Shown here piece after piece: positions 7,920 through 17,352 of a DNA stretch of 20,838 nt. The translations under genes and the position numbers were made by a program. Source of the stretch: Acholeplasma sp. (lineage in GTDB: Bacteria > Bacillota_I > Bacilli_A > Acholeplasmatales > UBA5453); the NCBI GenBank assembly GCA_036677365.1, contig JAVBWN010000024.1:1-20838 (forward strand). Reading direction: 5' to 3'. Within the stretch, counting starts at the first letter, position 1. Each line of letters starts with the position of its first letter. The notes under the pieces were generated by a model, which did not search any database, was not told where the DNA came from, and saw only the letters and a program-made list of their open reading frames with translations.

Positions 7920-9098
7920 ATGACAATCAAAGAAAGACAAGAGATCATTAAAAAACAACTATTAGGTTTGACCATTACCCCACAAGAACTGATGGGGTTT
8001 TTAATCTTAAGTGAAACACAACTCAGATTATATGCTTCAGGCAAACCTTATTTCGAAGATGAACGGTATTTGGATTTCATCGAGTTTATCGGTATCAACA
8101 AATATACCATTGGGTATATCGATCCTAAAACAGAACGACCACTCAACACGCCCATCAGTTTATTGTTTCCACCCAAGCCCATCAAGAATCAGCCAATGCG
8201 GGCACTTAGACATGTCCTAGCCAATCTATTTACAAGACCTAATAAATACTATCGAACAGAATTACTTAAAAAACATTTATTTGAAAAAAACTTTGGGTAT
8301 ACCGAACCATTTATCTATAAACAAGTACTGATTTGGATTCTCATTGTTTTAGGCTTAAGCTATGTACTGGCTGACTTAACCGTGATGCAAACGGTGATGT
8401 TGGGTCTATCCATACCATTACCCCTACTCTTATTGGTATATGAATTTGATAAACATGATCAGTTAAATTTAAAAGATGTTCTGTACTTGTTTGTCATTGG
8501 TGGGATAGTTTCGATGGGGATAACCTATGTGATTCGTTCACTCACAGGTTACCCAGATGGCTTGTTTGGTGATATTATGACTGGGTTAGTGGAAGAAACC
8601 GCAAAACTCATCACAGCGATTGTATTCATCCGTAAACTCAAGTTTAGAAACGTCTATACTGCCTTTGTACTTGGCTTCGCTATCGGTGCTGGGTTCGATG
8701 CTTTTGAGACCATGGAGTATGGTTTAAACACCATCTTAGCCACAGGTAGTTATTTTGAAGGTACCCTCACCCTAGTTGTAAGAAGTCTATTATCGTTTGG
8801 TATTGGACACCACTACTGGACAGCCATCATTTTCGCAACCCTTGTGGGTCTATCCAAGACTTTACATGTCGATTTCCACAAATTATATCACCCAACATTC
8901 ATTTTGGTCTATGGGTTCATCGTGATGTTTCACGCGATGTTCAATTATTCCAATTTCATCATTCAAATCGGTATGGCCATCTTTGGCGTCATCGTATTCC
9001 CTTATGTAGGCTATCAATTATACCTCAAACGTTTCACTGAAAAAGTGGTTGAAACAGAAACGGTTTCAACCCAAGAAAACATCACCTATGTGAGTTAA
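7920..9098 (+). CDS. PrsW-family glutamic-type intramembrane protease with an N-terminal soluble extension
   Basis: VEETAK (EExxK), GFDAFE (FxxxE), GHHYWT, MFHAMFN (HxxxN), multiple TM segments. AGGTGA RBS before ATG 7920. Confidence 0.88.
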   Translation: MTIKERQEIIKKQLLGLTITPQELMGFLILSETQLRLYASGKPYFEDERYLDFIEFIGINKYTIGYIDPKTERPLNTPISLLFPPKPIKNQPMRALRHVLANLFTRPNKYYRTELLKKHLFEKNFGYTEPFIYKQVLIWILIVLGLSYVLADLTVMQTVMLGLSIPLPLLLLVYEFDKHDQLNLKDVLYLFVIGGIVSMGITYVIRSLTGYPDGLFGDIMTGLVEETAKLITAIVFIRKLKFRNVYTAFVLGFAIGAGFDAFETMEYGLNTILATGSYFEGTLTLVVRSLLSFGIGHHYWTAIIFATLVGLSKTLHVDFHKLYHPTFILVYGFIVMFHAMFNYSNFIIQIGMAIFGVIVFPYVGYQLYLKRFTEKVVETETVSTQENITYVS

Positions 9099-9148
9099 TA
9101 AAAGAATTTATTGGTCAATCACACAACTTTACATATTGTTAATTTTGC

Positions 9149-9176
9149 TTGAAAAATATTTATATAATGTTATACT
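9149..9176 (+). promoter_or_regulatory. Sigma-A promoter with extended -10
   Basis: TTGAAA (9149-9154), 16 bp spacer, TGt-TATACT (9168-9176). Confidence 0.55.
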
Positions 9177-9220
9177 CTTCAATGTAAAACTAATTCAAAT
9201 AATTAAGTGAGGTGAAAGGA

Positions 9221-9565
9221 TTGAAACTGAATCGAAAGGTTTTCTATCTCATCGGTGTTGGTATACTTATTCTAAGTTTAATGTTAGTAGAATTTATATG
9301 GATGGATTGGTCATTATTCTTGTATGCTTTGATCGCTGTTTCGTTATCGGCATTCATCGCCTTTATGGCTGTATACATTCAAAAGACCAGCAAACCACAC
9401 TGTAAAAAATGTGGACACAAACTTAAACTTCAAAACAAACAGTTAATCAACCAAGAAGAAGAAATTCGCTACGGCCAATTTGTCTTCATATATAAATATC
9501 AATACGATTTTGAATGTCCTCATTGTAATGAAGTCGTTCACATCAATAAAACAGTTAAAAAATAA
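9221..9565 (+). CDS. Small two-TM protein with a C-terminal zinc ribbon
   Basis: Two hydrophobic segments, then CKKC...CPHC. GAGGTG RBS fits TTG 9221 (GTG 9212 is the alternative). Confidence 0.75.
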   Translation: MKLNRKVFYLIGVGILILSLMLVEFIWMDWSLFLYALIAVSLSAFIAFMAVYIQKTSKPHCKKCGHKLKLQNKQLINQEEEIRYGQFVFIYKYQYDFECPHCNEVVHINKTVKK

Positions 9566-9599
9566 GGCCAAGGGGTACACATTAAACCCTTTGGCCTTT
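9564..9599. terminator. Bidirectional terminator
   Basis: AAGGCCAAGGGG...CCCTTTGGCCTT between convergent stops. Confidence 0.75.
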
Positions 9600-9605
9600 A
9601 CTTTA

Positions 9606-10379
9606 TTATGCGCTACGACTTTGATTTTCAGCATATACCATAGAAAATAGTAAACCCAACCCAAACAAAACGATTAAATCATACATCGTATCTTCAAGGA
9701 CGTGAACGACTGCGGCACCACCCGCGAGGAAATCCGTGACGAACTCTTCAATTTCGACTTTACCAATGCGTTCTTTTTGTTGGTCCAAATTCAAGCGAGA
9801 TATATAAAAGGTTTGACCCTCTTGATCCAGTATGAAGTCATTGACTATTTTCTTCTTAAAACGATATTTCTTACCCCAATGGGACATTGAAAACTTCATG
9901 ATCAAATCTTCACGATACAGCAACTCCACAGCACTAAATAAAGTTTTTATTTTGTAGTCGCCGTTATGGATGAAAAAGTATCTACCTGACTTTTTAATAT
10001 CAAAGTTCTTGCCTTCAAAAGTGGATATAAATTGGAAGTTGGTATAAGGGAATAACCCTTTTGAAAAAGCATTCGTAATGACGACTTTTTCATAAGGCGT
10101 CGTGTTGGTAAAAGAATTGTTAATGATTCCAATGTCTAAAGATTGATATATTTGCATGAGGGCAGGGTTACTGAATAATTTTTCAATTCGTCTTTGACGA
10201 TTTTTAAGGTATCGATACTCTTTGATGAGAATACCAATATCGTGGATTGTTTGACCATTTGGCAACAATTCATACACCAATTTTTTTACAATTTCCGGAT
10301 AGTATCGATCAGGATAGGGGTAATCAATTGATGATAGAAATGACTTCAATTTTTTCATAAAACGTTGTGTAATAAACAT
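9606..10379 (-). CDS. Hypothetical protein (beta-rich C-half ending in a hydrophobic helix)
   Basis: 257-aa ORF with AGGTGA RBS, ending at a terminator. No family confidently recognised. Confidence 0.7.
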   Translation of the reverse strand: MFITQRFMKKLKSFLSSIDYPYPDRYYPEIVKKLVYELLPNGQTIHDIGILIKEYRYLKNRQRRIEKLFSNPALMQIYQSLDIGIINNSFTNTTPYEKVVITNAFSKGLFPYTNFQFISTFEGKNFDIKKSGRYFFIHNGDYKIKTLFSAVELLYREDLIMKFSMSHWGKKYRFKKKIVNDFILDQEGQTFYISRLNLDQQKERIGKVEIEEFVTDFLAGGAAVVHVLEDTMYDLIVLFGLGLLFSMVYAENQSRSA

Positions 10380-10505
10380 ACGATATCACCTAAGATATAT
10401 CATAGCACATAATCAAAATAACATTTTCTAATTTTTGTTAAAGAATACTTGATTACCTAATAATATTTGATAAAATATAAGCAGTAGGTTACAGAGAGGA
10501 GAATC

Positions 10506-10979
10506 ATGGAAGCTACAAACTACGAAAAGGAATTAAAAGAAAAATTAACAAAATTGGAATTATTAATGGGAAAAGTAATTTCAAAGAAACATTTTGAATT
10601 ATTTTCACGAGTTATCATCACCGACAACTCGTCTGAATATTTCAATAATCACAAACTAAATGAAGTAGATCATTTGCATGAGTTGGATGGACTCGAAACT
10701 TATGGAGACGCTGTACTTGATTTATTCGTTTGTGAAAATCTCTTTAAACGAAGAACCAGAAAAAAACACATGACCATCGAAAGAAGCAAAATAGTTTGTA
10801 ATGATAGATTACAGAGTATCGGAGAATCTTTGCTCCAAGGCATGCTCATTGAAGTTAATGCATCTAATGATGATAAAATCAGTTATGCTAAAGCCTTAGA
10901 AAGATTGATAGGGGCTATTTATGAAGCCTATAGCACAAGATTTACCAGAAAATTTTTAAGAGCACACAATATAATATAA
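10506..10979 (+). CDS. Stand-alone ribonuclease III catalytic-domain protein (no dsRBD)
   Basis: LETYGDAVLDL (cf. LEFLGDAVL), RSKIVCN, AKALERLIGAIY (cf. ADxFEAxIGAIY). Ends at 157 aa. GAGAGGAG RBS. Confidence 0.85.
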   Translation: MEATNYEKELKEKLTKLELLMGKVISKKHFELFSRVIITDNSSEYFNNHKLNEVDHLHELDGLETYGDAVLDLFVCENLFKRRTRKKHMTIERSKIVCNDRLQSIGESLLQGMLIEVNASNDDKISYAKALERLIGAIYEAYSTRFTRKFLRAHNII

Positions 10980-10985
10980 AAAAAC

Positions 10986-11028
10986 AACACCACTCAGCCG
11001 TAACCTACCATTTGCTGAGTGGTGTTTT
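10986..11028. terminator. Bidirectional terminator
   Basis: 13-bp stem AACACCACTCAGC / GCTGAGTGGTGTT between convergent genes. Confidence 0.8.
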
Positions 11029-11029
11029 A

Positions 11030-11722
11030 TTATGCTTGTTGTCGTTTATACAAAAATGGCACATAGATTAATTGGAATAATAGTGCAATCGAAACCATGA
11101 ATCCAATAACCCAAAAATCACCTAAAAATCCGTATAAAGGCGCAACCTCATGAGGAATTTCTCTTAAGAATAGATGATTGCTACCAAGTAAGAAATTAAG
11201 CGGATAAATGACGATGGCGTAGATGAGCAAAATCAAGCTCGACTTCAATAAATCCTTGTAAGTGAATTTGAATTTAGCCACCAACAATAAATAGATATTT
11301 CCAAGTAAGAACAAGCCATGGTTGCCAAAGTAGTGAATAAATCTGAAATGCGGGAAATTATACCCCAAATCAGCGATGATTAACGATAATAAAGCCCCTT
11401 AAATGGCCCATGGGAAAATGATTTTGAATGTCTTTTCGTTCTTAGTCCACAAGGTATATGCAGTCACATACATGCTGATGGCACACACACCCAGTGGTAA
11501 TAAAGAAGTTTGAAATCCACCTCGAGATAAACTCCATGTATAAAAAGTCCACTCCAAAACAATCATAATAATAGCAACGCTACGTCGGATGTATAAATCG
11601 GTTTTATCAGAGATTTTATTTTTGAACAAAACAATACATACGATACTGATGACAATCCAAAGAATCGCCAAAAGATGAGACAAACCAAACCAAGTAAACC
11701 CTTGAAATGCTTCATTGAACAT
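11030..11722 (-). pseudogene. YwaF / TIGR02206-like integral membrane protein with a premature in-frame TAA at 11399-11401
   Basis: The two track ORFs are in the same frame: ...IFPWAI*GALLSLIIADLGYNFPHFRFIHYFGNH... Motifs LPLGVC and NFLLGSNHLFL. AGGTGA RBS before ATG 11722. Confidence 0.8.
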
Positions 11723-11739
11723 CACAGTCACCTACTTTA

Positions 11740-12690
11740 TTAGTGTTTATACGATTGTGTCTTTTCAGGGTATAGAAACGCCCCGATGGTCGATATCGCT
11801 GTGGCAGCTTCACCTAGACCTGTGGAAATCATTTTCTTTTTACCCAAATACGTGACGCTGTTACCCACAGCGAAAATACCTTTACGGGTCGTTTCCATCG
11901 TGGAAGCGACTTTGATTAATCCTTTATCGTCGAGCTCAAAGCCCCATTCGGATAGATTGTGTTTAGAAGGGCTTGAACCGTAAAAAACAAACAGTGCATC
12001 GCATTTAATATCCATGATGGATTGGTCTTCCGCGTTTTCTATCGTCAAATAGTCAACACGATCATACCCAATGAAGGCTTTAGGCACATAAGGGGTTAAG
12101 ACTTGACCGATGTGTTTGATTTTATCGACACTGTATTCATGGGCTCTAAAATCATTTCTACGATGAATTAATGTGACTTTTTTCGCAACTTCAGCCAGTG
12201 TCAAACTCCAGTCAACAGCAGAGTCACCACCGCCTAGGACAATGAGTTCTTGACCTTTAAAGTCATGTACATCTTTCACATTATAATAAATATTGGATTT
12301 AGACTCAGTCCCAGGGACATCGAGTAATCTGGGTTCAAAAGTACCCCCACCATTGGCAAGCAAGATGGTTTTCGTTTCAAATGTGCCCTGATTGGTTTCT
12401 AATACATAGTGATCATCCATATAATCGATCGAGATGGCTTTGGTGTTTAATCTTAGCGGGACATCCTCTTCATATTCACTGTACTGATCATATAGTGTAG
12501 CAATCAAGTCACCGGCATTGATTTTTCGGTATCCAGGCATATCATAAACCATTTTTTGTTTATATAGATTGAGTGTTCCCCCATATTCGAAAGAAGACTC
12601 CAACAGACAAGCTTTGAGTTTGTGCATCCCAGCTAAGGTTGCGGCATATAAACCCGCTGGACCAGCCCCTATAATAATCGTATCATACAT
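11740..12690 (-). CDS. Ferredoxin/flavodoxin-NADP+ reductase, TrxB-like (YumC type)
   Basis: GAGPAG FAD motif, YDMPG, GGGDSAVDW, HRRNDFRAHE. Lacks the thioredoxin reductase CxxC. GAGGT RBS before ATG 12690. Confidence 0.88.
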   Translation of the reverse strand: MYDTIIIGAGPAGLYAATLAGMHKLKACLLESSFEYGGTLNLYKQKMVYDMPGYRKINAGDLIATLYDQYSEYEEDVPLRLNTKAISIDYMDDHYVLETNQGTFETKTILLANGGGTFEPRLLDVPGTESKSNIYYNVKDVHDFKGQELIVLGGGDSAVDWSLTLAEVAKKVTLIHRRNDFRAHEYSVDKIKHIGQVLTPYVPKAFIGYDRVDYLTIENAEDQSIMDIKCDALFVFYGSSPSKHNLSEWGFELDDKGLIKVASTMETTRKGIFAVGNSVTYLGKKKMISTGLGEAATAISTIGAFLYPEKTQSYKH

Positions 12691-12849
12691 AAAAATAACC
12701 TCACATATCTCAAAGTATAGCACTAATCAGCAAAGAATAAAACAACCAAATGCATTGAATATCAAAGTATTATGTTGTAAGATGAATATACCATCAATAT
12801 ATGGCGAAATTTTTGACCTTATTTATATATTTTTTCATCTGCAAAATGG

Positions 12850-12894
12850 TGATAACGTTATCATAACAAAGCCATTTTGTGAAAAACGTTTTCA
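12850..12894. promoter_or_regulatory. Two cre/LacI-family-like operators in the divergent reductase/pflB intergenic region
   Basis: Perfect palindrome TGATAACGTTATCA (12850-12863) and GAAAAACGTTTTCA (12881-12894). Confidence 0.65.
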
Positions 12895-12989
12895 TTATAG
12901 AATCGAATGCATTTCATTTGAATAATCGATATAATGGGCTTGTCGATTACCGATTACAACAATGAAATAATATATAGGAGGATTCTCTC

Positions 12990-15248
12990 ATGAAAAAATG
13001 GGAAGGTTTTAAACTCGGCAACTGGGCAAACGCAGTCAATGTCAGAGACTTTATCGTAGAAAACTACGAGGAATACTTAGGGGATGAGTCATTTTTAGTA
13101 GGACCTACAGACGCATCCACTCAACTGAACAATATGTTCATCGATTTACTCAGACAAGAAAAAGAAAATGGTGGTGTCTTAGAATGTGACACTGAAGTTG
13201 TTACATCCATCACATCTCACGGTCCGGGATACATCGATCAAAAATTGGAAAAAATCGTTGGTTTACAAACCGATAAACCACTCAAACGTGCATTTTTCCC
13301 GTATGGTGGGATTCAAGTCGCTGTTAAAGCAGCAGAATCTTATGGTTACCATGTCAACCCTGAACTCGTACACATTTTTAATGAATATCGTAAGACCCAT
13401 AACCAAGGCGTTTTCGACGTTTATAACGACGAAATCAGAGCGGTGCGTTCTTCGGGTGTCGTTACCGGTTTACCAGATGCTTATGGCAGAGGTAGAATCA
13501 TCGGCGATTACAGAAGAGTCGCTTTATATGGGGTAGACTTCTTAATCGAAGAAAAACAAAAAGAAAAAAATACGTGGGTTTATCCAATGACCGAACAAAC
13601 CATCCGTGCCATTGAAGAAACCACTGAACAAATCAACGCGTTACATCGCCTTAAAAAGTTGGGTGAAATTTACGGATTCGACTTATCTCGTCCAGCAGAA
13701 ACCGCTCAAGAAGCGATCCAATGGTTATACTTTGCTTACCTAGGTGCAGTCAAAGAACAAAACGGCGCTGCGATGTCTTTAGGTAGAACAGCAACCTTCT
13801 TAGATGTTTATATTGAAAGAGATATCAAAAATGGTTTAATCACTGAAGTTGAAGCACAAGAATTGGTTGACCACTTCATCCTTAAACTACGCATGGTGCG
13901 TTTCGCCAGAACCCCAGAATACAATGAATTATTCACTGGTGACCCAACCTGGGTTACTGAAGTACTCGCTGGTATGTGCGATGATGGTAGAAGTTTCGTC
14001 ACCAAAACCACATTCAGATACTTACAAACTTTATACAACCTAGGCACATCGGCTGAACCGAACTTAACGGTTTTATGGTCGGATAGACTCCCTGAAAACT
14101 TTAAAAAATTCGCAGCGAAAGTATCGATTGATACCTCATCGATTCAATATGAAAACGATGAAATCATGCGTCCAGAACACACCGATGATTACGCCATTGC
14201 GTGCTGTGTATCCCCAATGGCAATCGGTAAAGAAATGCAATTCTTTGGTGCGAGAGCAAACGTTGCGAAAGCATTACTATACGCTTTAAATGGCGGTAAA
14301 GATGAAATTACTGGCAAACAAGTCGCCCCTAAAGGACCTGTTTATCAAGGCGAATACTTAGAATACGATAAAGTCAAAGTGATGTATGAAGATACTTTAG
14401 ACTGGTTAGCTCAAGTCTATGTCAATACCCTAAACATCATCCATTACATGCACGACAAATATGCTTATGAATCGTTTGAAATGGCATTACACGACAGAGA
14501 TGTTGTGCGCAATTTCGCCACCGGTATGGCGGGATTATCTGTGGTTGCTGACTCGCTATCCGCGATTAAATACGCTAAAGTCAAACCGATTTATGATGAA
14601 AACACAGGACTCATTGTCGACTTTGAAATCGATGGTGACTTCCCAATGTATGGCAATAACGACGACAGAGTCGATGACATCGCTGTAGAACTTGTCAACA
14701 GTTTCATGGCGAAGATTAGAAAGCACCCAACCTATCGAAACAGTGTGGCAACCATGTCTGTATTAACCATCACTTCCAACGTCGTGTATGGTAAAAAGAC
14801 CGGGAACACACCAGATGGTAGAAGAAAAGGCACACCGTTTGCACCAGGGGCGAACCCAATGCACGGTAGAGACAAATCAGGCGCATTAAAATCCTTAATG
14901 AGTGTGGCGAAGATTCCTTGTGAATCTTGTGCGGATGGTATTTCCAATACCTTCACCATCGTCCCTCAAGCCCTCGGTAAAGAAGAATCCTATGACTTTG
15001 AAAACGTCATGAGAGCCGATATCAAGAGTGAAAACTTGGTATCCATCTTGGATGGTTACTTCTTGTCTGGCGGTTACCATTTAAATGTCAACGTCTTACT
15101 CAGAGAAAAGCTCATTGAAGCGATGAACAACCCAGCATTATACCCTAACTTAACGATTAGAGTATCGGGCTACGCTGTCAACTTCAGCTTGCTCACGAAG
15201 GAACAAAAATTGGATGTTATCGCAAGAACGTTCCATGAATCCATGTAG
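12990..15248 (+). CDS. pflB: Pyruvate formate-lyase (formate acetyltransferase)
   Basis: [33 protein letters not shown] catalytic Cys pair, RVSGYAV glycyl-radical motif. AGGAGG RBS. Confidence 0.97.
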   Translation: MKKWEGFKLGNWANAVNVRDFIVENYEEYLGDESFLVGPTDASTQLNNMFIDLLRQEKENGGVLECDTEVVTSITSHGPGYIDQKLEKIVGLQTDKPLKRAFFPYGGIQVAVKAAESYGYHVNPELVHIFNEYRKTHNQGVFDVYNDEIRAVRSSGVVTGLPDAYGRGRIIGDYRRVALYGVDFLIEEKQKEKNTWVYPMTEQTIRAIEETTEQINALHRLKKLGEIYGFDLSRPAETAQEAIQWLYFAYLGAVKEQNGAAMSLGRTATFLDVYIERDIKNGLITEVEAQELVDHFILKLRMVRFARTPEYNELFTGDPTWVTEVLAGMCDDGRSFVTKTTFRYLQTLYNLGTSAEPNLTVLWSDRLPENFKKFAAKVSIDTSSIQYENDEIMRPEHTDDYAIACCVSPMAIGKEMQFFGARANVAKALLYALNGGKDEITGKQVAPKGPVYQGEYLEYDKVKVMYEDTLDWLAQVYVNTLNIIHYMHDKYAYESFEMALHDRDVVRNFATGMAGLSVVADSLSAIKYAKVKPIYDENTGLIVDFEIDGDFPMYGNNDDRVDDIAVELVNSFMAKIRKHPTYRNSVATMSVLTITSNVVYGKKTGNTPDGRRKGTPFAPGANPMHGRDKSGALKSLMSVAKIPCESCADGISNTFTIVPQALGKEESYDFENVMRADIKSENLVSILDGYFLSGGYHLNVNVLLREKLIEAMNNPALYPNLTIRVSGYAVNFSLLTKEQKLDVIARTFHESM

Positions 15249-15975
15249 TTTAAACGTTCACTCGATTGAAACCATGGGCGCATTTGATGGCCCAGGCATC
15301 CGTTACGTTTTATTCCTTCAAGGTTGCCCATTTAAATGTCAATTTTGTCACAACAGAGACACTTGGGATACCCACATCAATAAGATCAAAACGCCTGAAG
15401 AAATACTCGCCGATTTCAATCGATACAAATCGTTTTATAAGCATGGCGGTATCACCGTTTCTGGCGGTGAACCCCTCTTACAAATCGACGCGCTGATTGA
15501 ACTATTTAAACTATTTAAATCACACAATATCCACACCGCCATCGATACTGCGGGTGGGACATTCAACCCAAACAATACCGCTAAGATGGATGAATTGATG
15601 CGGTATACCGATTTAATCTTACTCGATATCAAGCATATGGATGACGCTTCGCACCAAACCTTGGTGGGTGCGTCGAATAAAAACATTTTAGCGTTTGCGA
15701 GATACTTGGATTCAATCGATAAAACCGTCTATATCAGACATGTCCTCATGCCAGGTATTACAGGGACATCCACCCAGCTCAACGCGTTAAGAAACTTTTT
15801 AGATACCTTACATAACGTTAAACAAATCGATATCTTACCATACCATACCAAAGGGATTTCTAAATGGAAGACCTTGGGTTTTGAGTATGAACTGAAAGAT
15901 TTGAAAGAACCGACCAAAGAAGAGATCTATGAAGCCCACGATATCTTGAAAACCGCGTATATTTATAAAAAATAA
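15235..15975 (+). CDS. pflA: Pyruvate formate-lyase activating enzyme (radical SAM)
   Basis: [17 protein letters not shown] (CxxxCxxC), [18 protein letters not shown]. Overlaps the pflB 3' end; start could also be 15214. Confidence 0.95.
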   Translation: MNPCSLNVHSIETMGAFDGPGIRYVLFLQGCPFKCQFCHNRDTWDTHINKIKTPEEILADFNRYKSFYKHGGITVSGGEPLLQIDALIELFKLFKSHNIHTAIDTAGGTFNPNNTAKMDELMRYTDLILLDIKHMDDASHQTLVGASNKNILAFARYLDSIDKTVYIRHVLMPGITGTSTQLNALRNFLDTLHNVKQIDILPYHTKGISKWKTLGFEYELKDLKEPTKEEIYEAHDILKTAYIYKK

Positions 15976-15980
15976 CACAC

Positions 15981-16018
15981 AAAAAGCACGATTTCTGATG
16001 AAGATTTCGTGCTTTTTT
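15981..16018. terminator. Bidirectional terminator between pflA and the convergent operon
   Basis: AAAAAGCACGA...TCGTGCTTTTTT. Confidence 0.85.
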
Positions 16019-16035
16019 CTTTCATTTAAGGGTGA

Positions 16036-17343
16036 CTATTCTACCCATTGAGTATTCAAATAATCCGCAAGTTCAGGTCGATCATAGGTATTGATGAAGA
16101 TAGCTTCTTCAACTTCTAATACGATCAAAGATAAATCGTGTGTCGGATTCAACTTTTTAAAAGTAATCGAAATGAGGGCTTGTTCACTGCTCAATCTCGA
16201 TTGTACATTCATATAATTAAAGGATATATTACCATCTGTTTCGTGATGTATGCCATCCAGATGGTATATAATTTCTTCGATTTGATATTGATTGATATCA
16301 TATAACAATGACAAATCAAGACCATTCAGTGATATATCCCCAGATAAAACAACATCCATTTGAAGTTCATCCCAGTCTTCGTTTAAAACTTTTAAGATCA
16401 ATCCATTTTTTAACGTTTGATACACAGGATATAGCGTTGTTGTTTCAACAATTGGACCATAAAACAAGGCACTATGCGCTAAAGATTGAGTCCACCCAAG
16501 GTGTTCTAAACCGAGTTTATGGTGAATGGGTAGGGACTCAATCCCTTCGCCATAATAACCAAAACCGTGTTTTGTCAATGATTCATGATACACATAATGG
16601 ATGACATAAACTTGTTGCTGGAAATTCGATAACGTGAACCACTTTTGAATGAATGAAGTAAGGTCACCGGTATGTCGATTTTTCTTGATATAAATATCGT
16701 AAAAATAGTTTGATTCATCATGAATGAAGAGACTCACAGGTAATACCATCTTTGGATTCAATTTGGTGCCTACATAAATGTTTTCAGCATCCACTTCAAA
16801 GGTTTCGCCAGTAACGTCGATCAAGTATTGCCATTCGATATCAGATGCATAACGATAGTAAAATGTTTGATTGTGATAGAACAAATCGACGTTCTTTGTG
16901 ATGGGTAAAGTAACCACTTGATAATCCATAATCCAATTTGTATAAGTGGATAATGATGAATTTTTGGATTTCATGTAATCATAAAATGGCTTTAATGTGC
17001 TGACCAGTGTATCAGAAAATAATTCAAACGTGTAGTTTAAGGTCTGCTTATTGTATTGGATTTGTATGGTATGTGAACCGGATGAAGTGAACTTGGTACG
17101 ATCGGTTTCACTCAACATATTGGATGTAACATCAATCTCTTCAATAACCCCATTTTTCCGTGTGATCTTGATGGATAAATCATCCATTGAGAACAACCCC
17201 ACAATCATTTGATTTTGTTCACTGTGGTTGATGATTTCATAGTTCACGATGGGCGATTTAGACCGACAACCAGTCATGACAACAACTGAAAATATTAGGA
17301 TCAATGAAGTAATGAGTCTAATTACAGTGTTTTTATTCATCAT
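16036..17343 (-). CDS. Lipoprotein: Ig-like domain, InlB B-repeat-like domain, C-terminal cohesin-like domain
   Basis: Signal peptide with lipobox VMTG-C26. B-repeat-like GEGIESLP..KLG.EHLGW..LYPVY. C-terminal DVVLSGDISLNGLDLSLLYD...GNISFNYMN...LISITFK resembles a cohesin. Confidence 0.7.
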   Translation of the reverse strand: MMNKNTVIRLITSLILIFSVVVMTGCRSKSPIVNYEIINHSEQNQMIVGLFSMDDLSIKITRKNGVIEEIDVTSNMLSETDRTKFTSSGSHTIQIQYNKQTLNYTFELFSDTLVSTLKPFYDYMKSKNSSLSTYTNWIMDYQVVTLPITKNVDLFYHNQTFYYRYASDIEWQYLIDVTGETFEVDAENIYVGTKLNPKMVLPVSLFIHDESNYFYDIYIKKNRHTGDLTSFIQKWFTLSNFQQQVYVIHYVYHESLTKHGFGYYGEGIESLPIHHKLGLEHLGWTQSLAHSALFYGPIVETTTLYPVYQTLKNGLILKVLNEDWDELQMDVVLSGDISLNGLDLSLLYDINQYQIEEIIYHLDGIHHETDGNISFNYMNVQSRLSSEQALISITFKKLNPTHDLSLIVLEVEEAIFINTYDRPELADYLNTQWVE

Positions 17344-17352
17344 TTAACCCCC

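Noticed and set aside
8221..8228. Second target for the TnpB guide (CCAATCTA)
   Set aside because: Only 8 contiguous nt match, which is expected by chance in AT-rich DNA.
9047..9071. GGTTGAAAC-N7-GTTTCAACC palindrome reminiscent of CRISPR repeat ends
   Set aside because: Single copy inside the PrsW CDS, with no array and no cas genes.
11740..12690. Thioredoxin reductase trxB
   Set aside because: No redox-active CxxC. Motifs match the YumC-type ferredoxin-NADP reductase.
12878..12895. Rex box upstream of pflB (TTGTGAA half-site)
   Set aside because: The right half does not match TTCACAA. The cre/LacI-type palindrome fits better.
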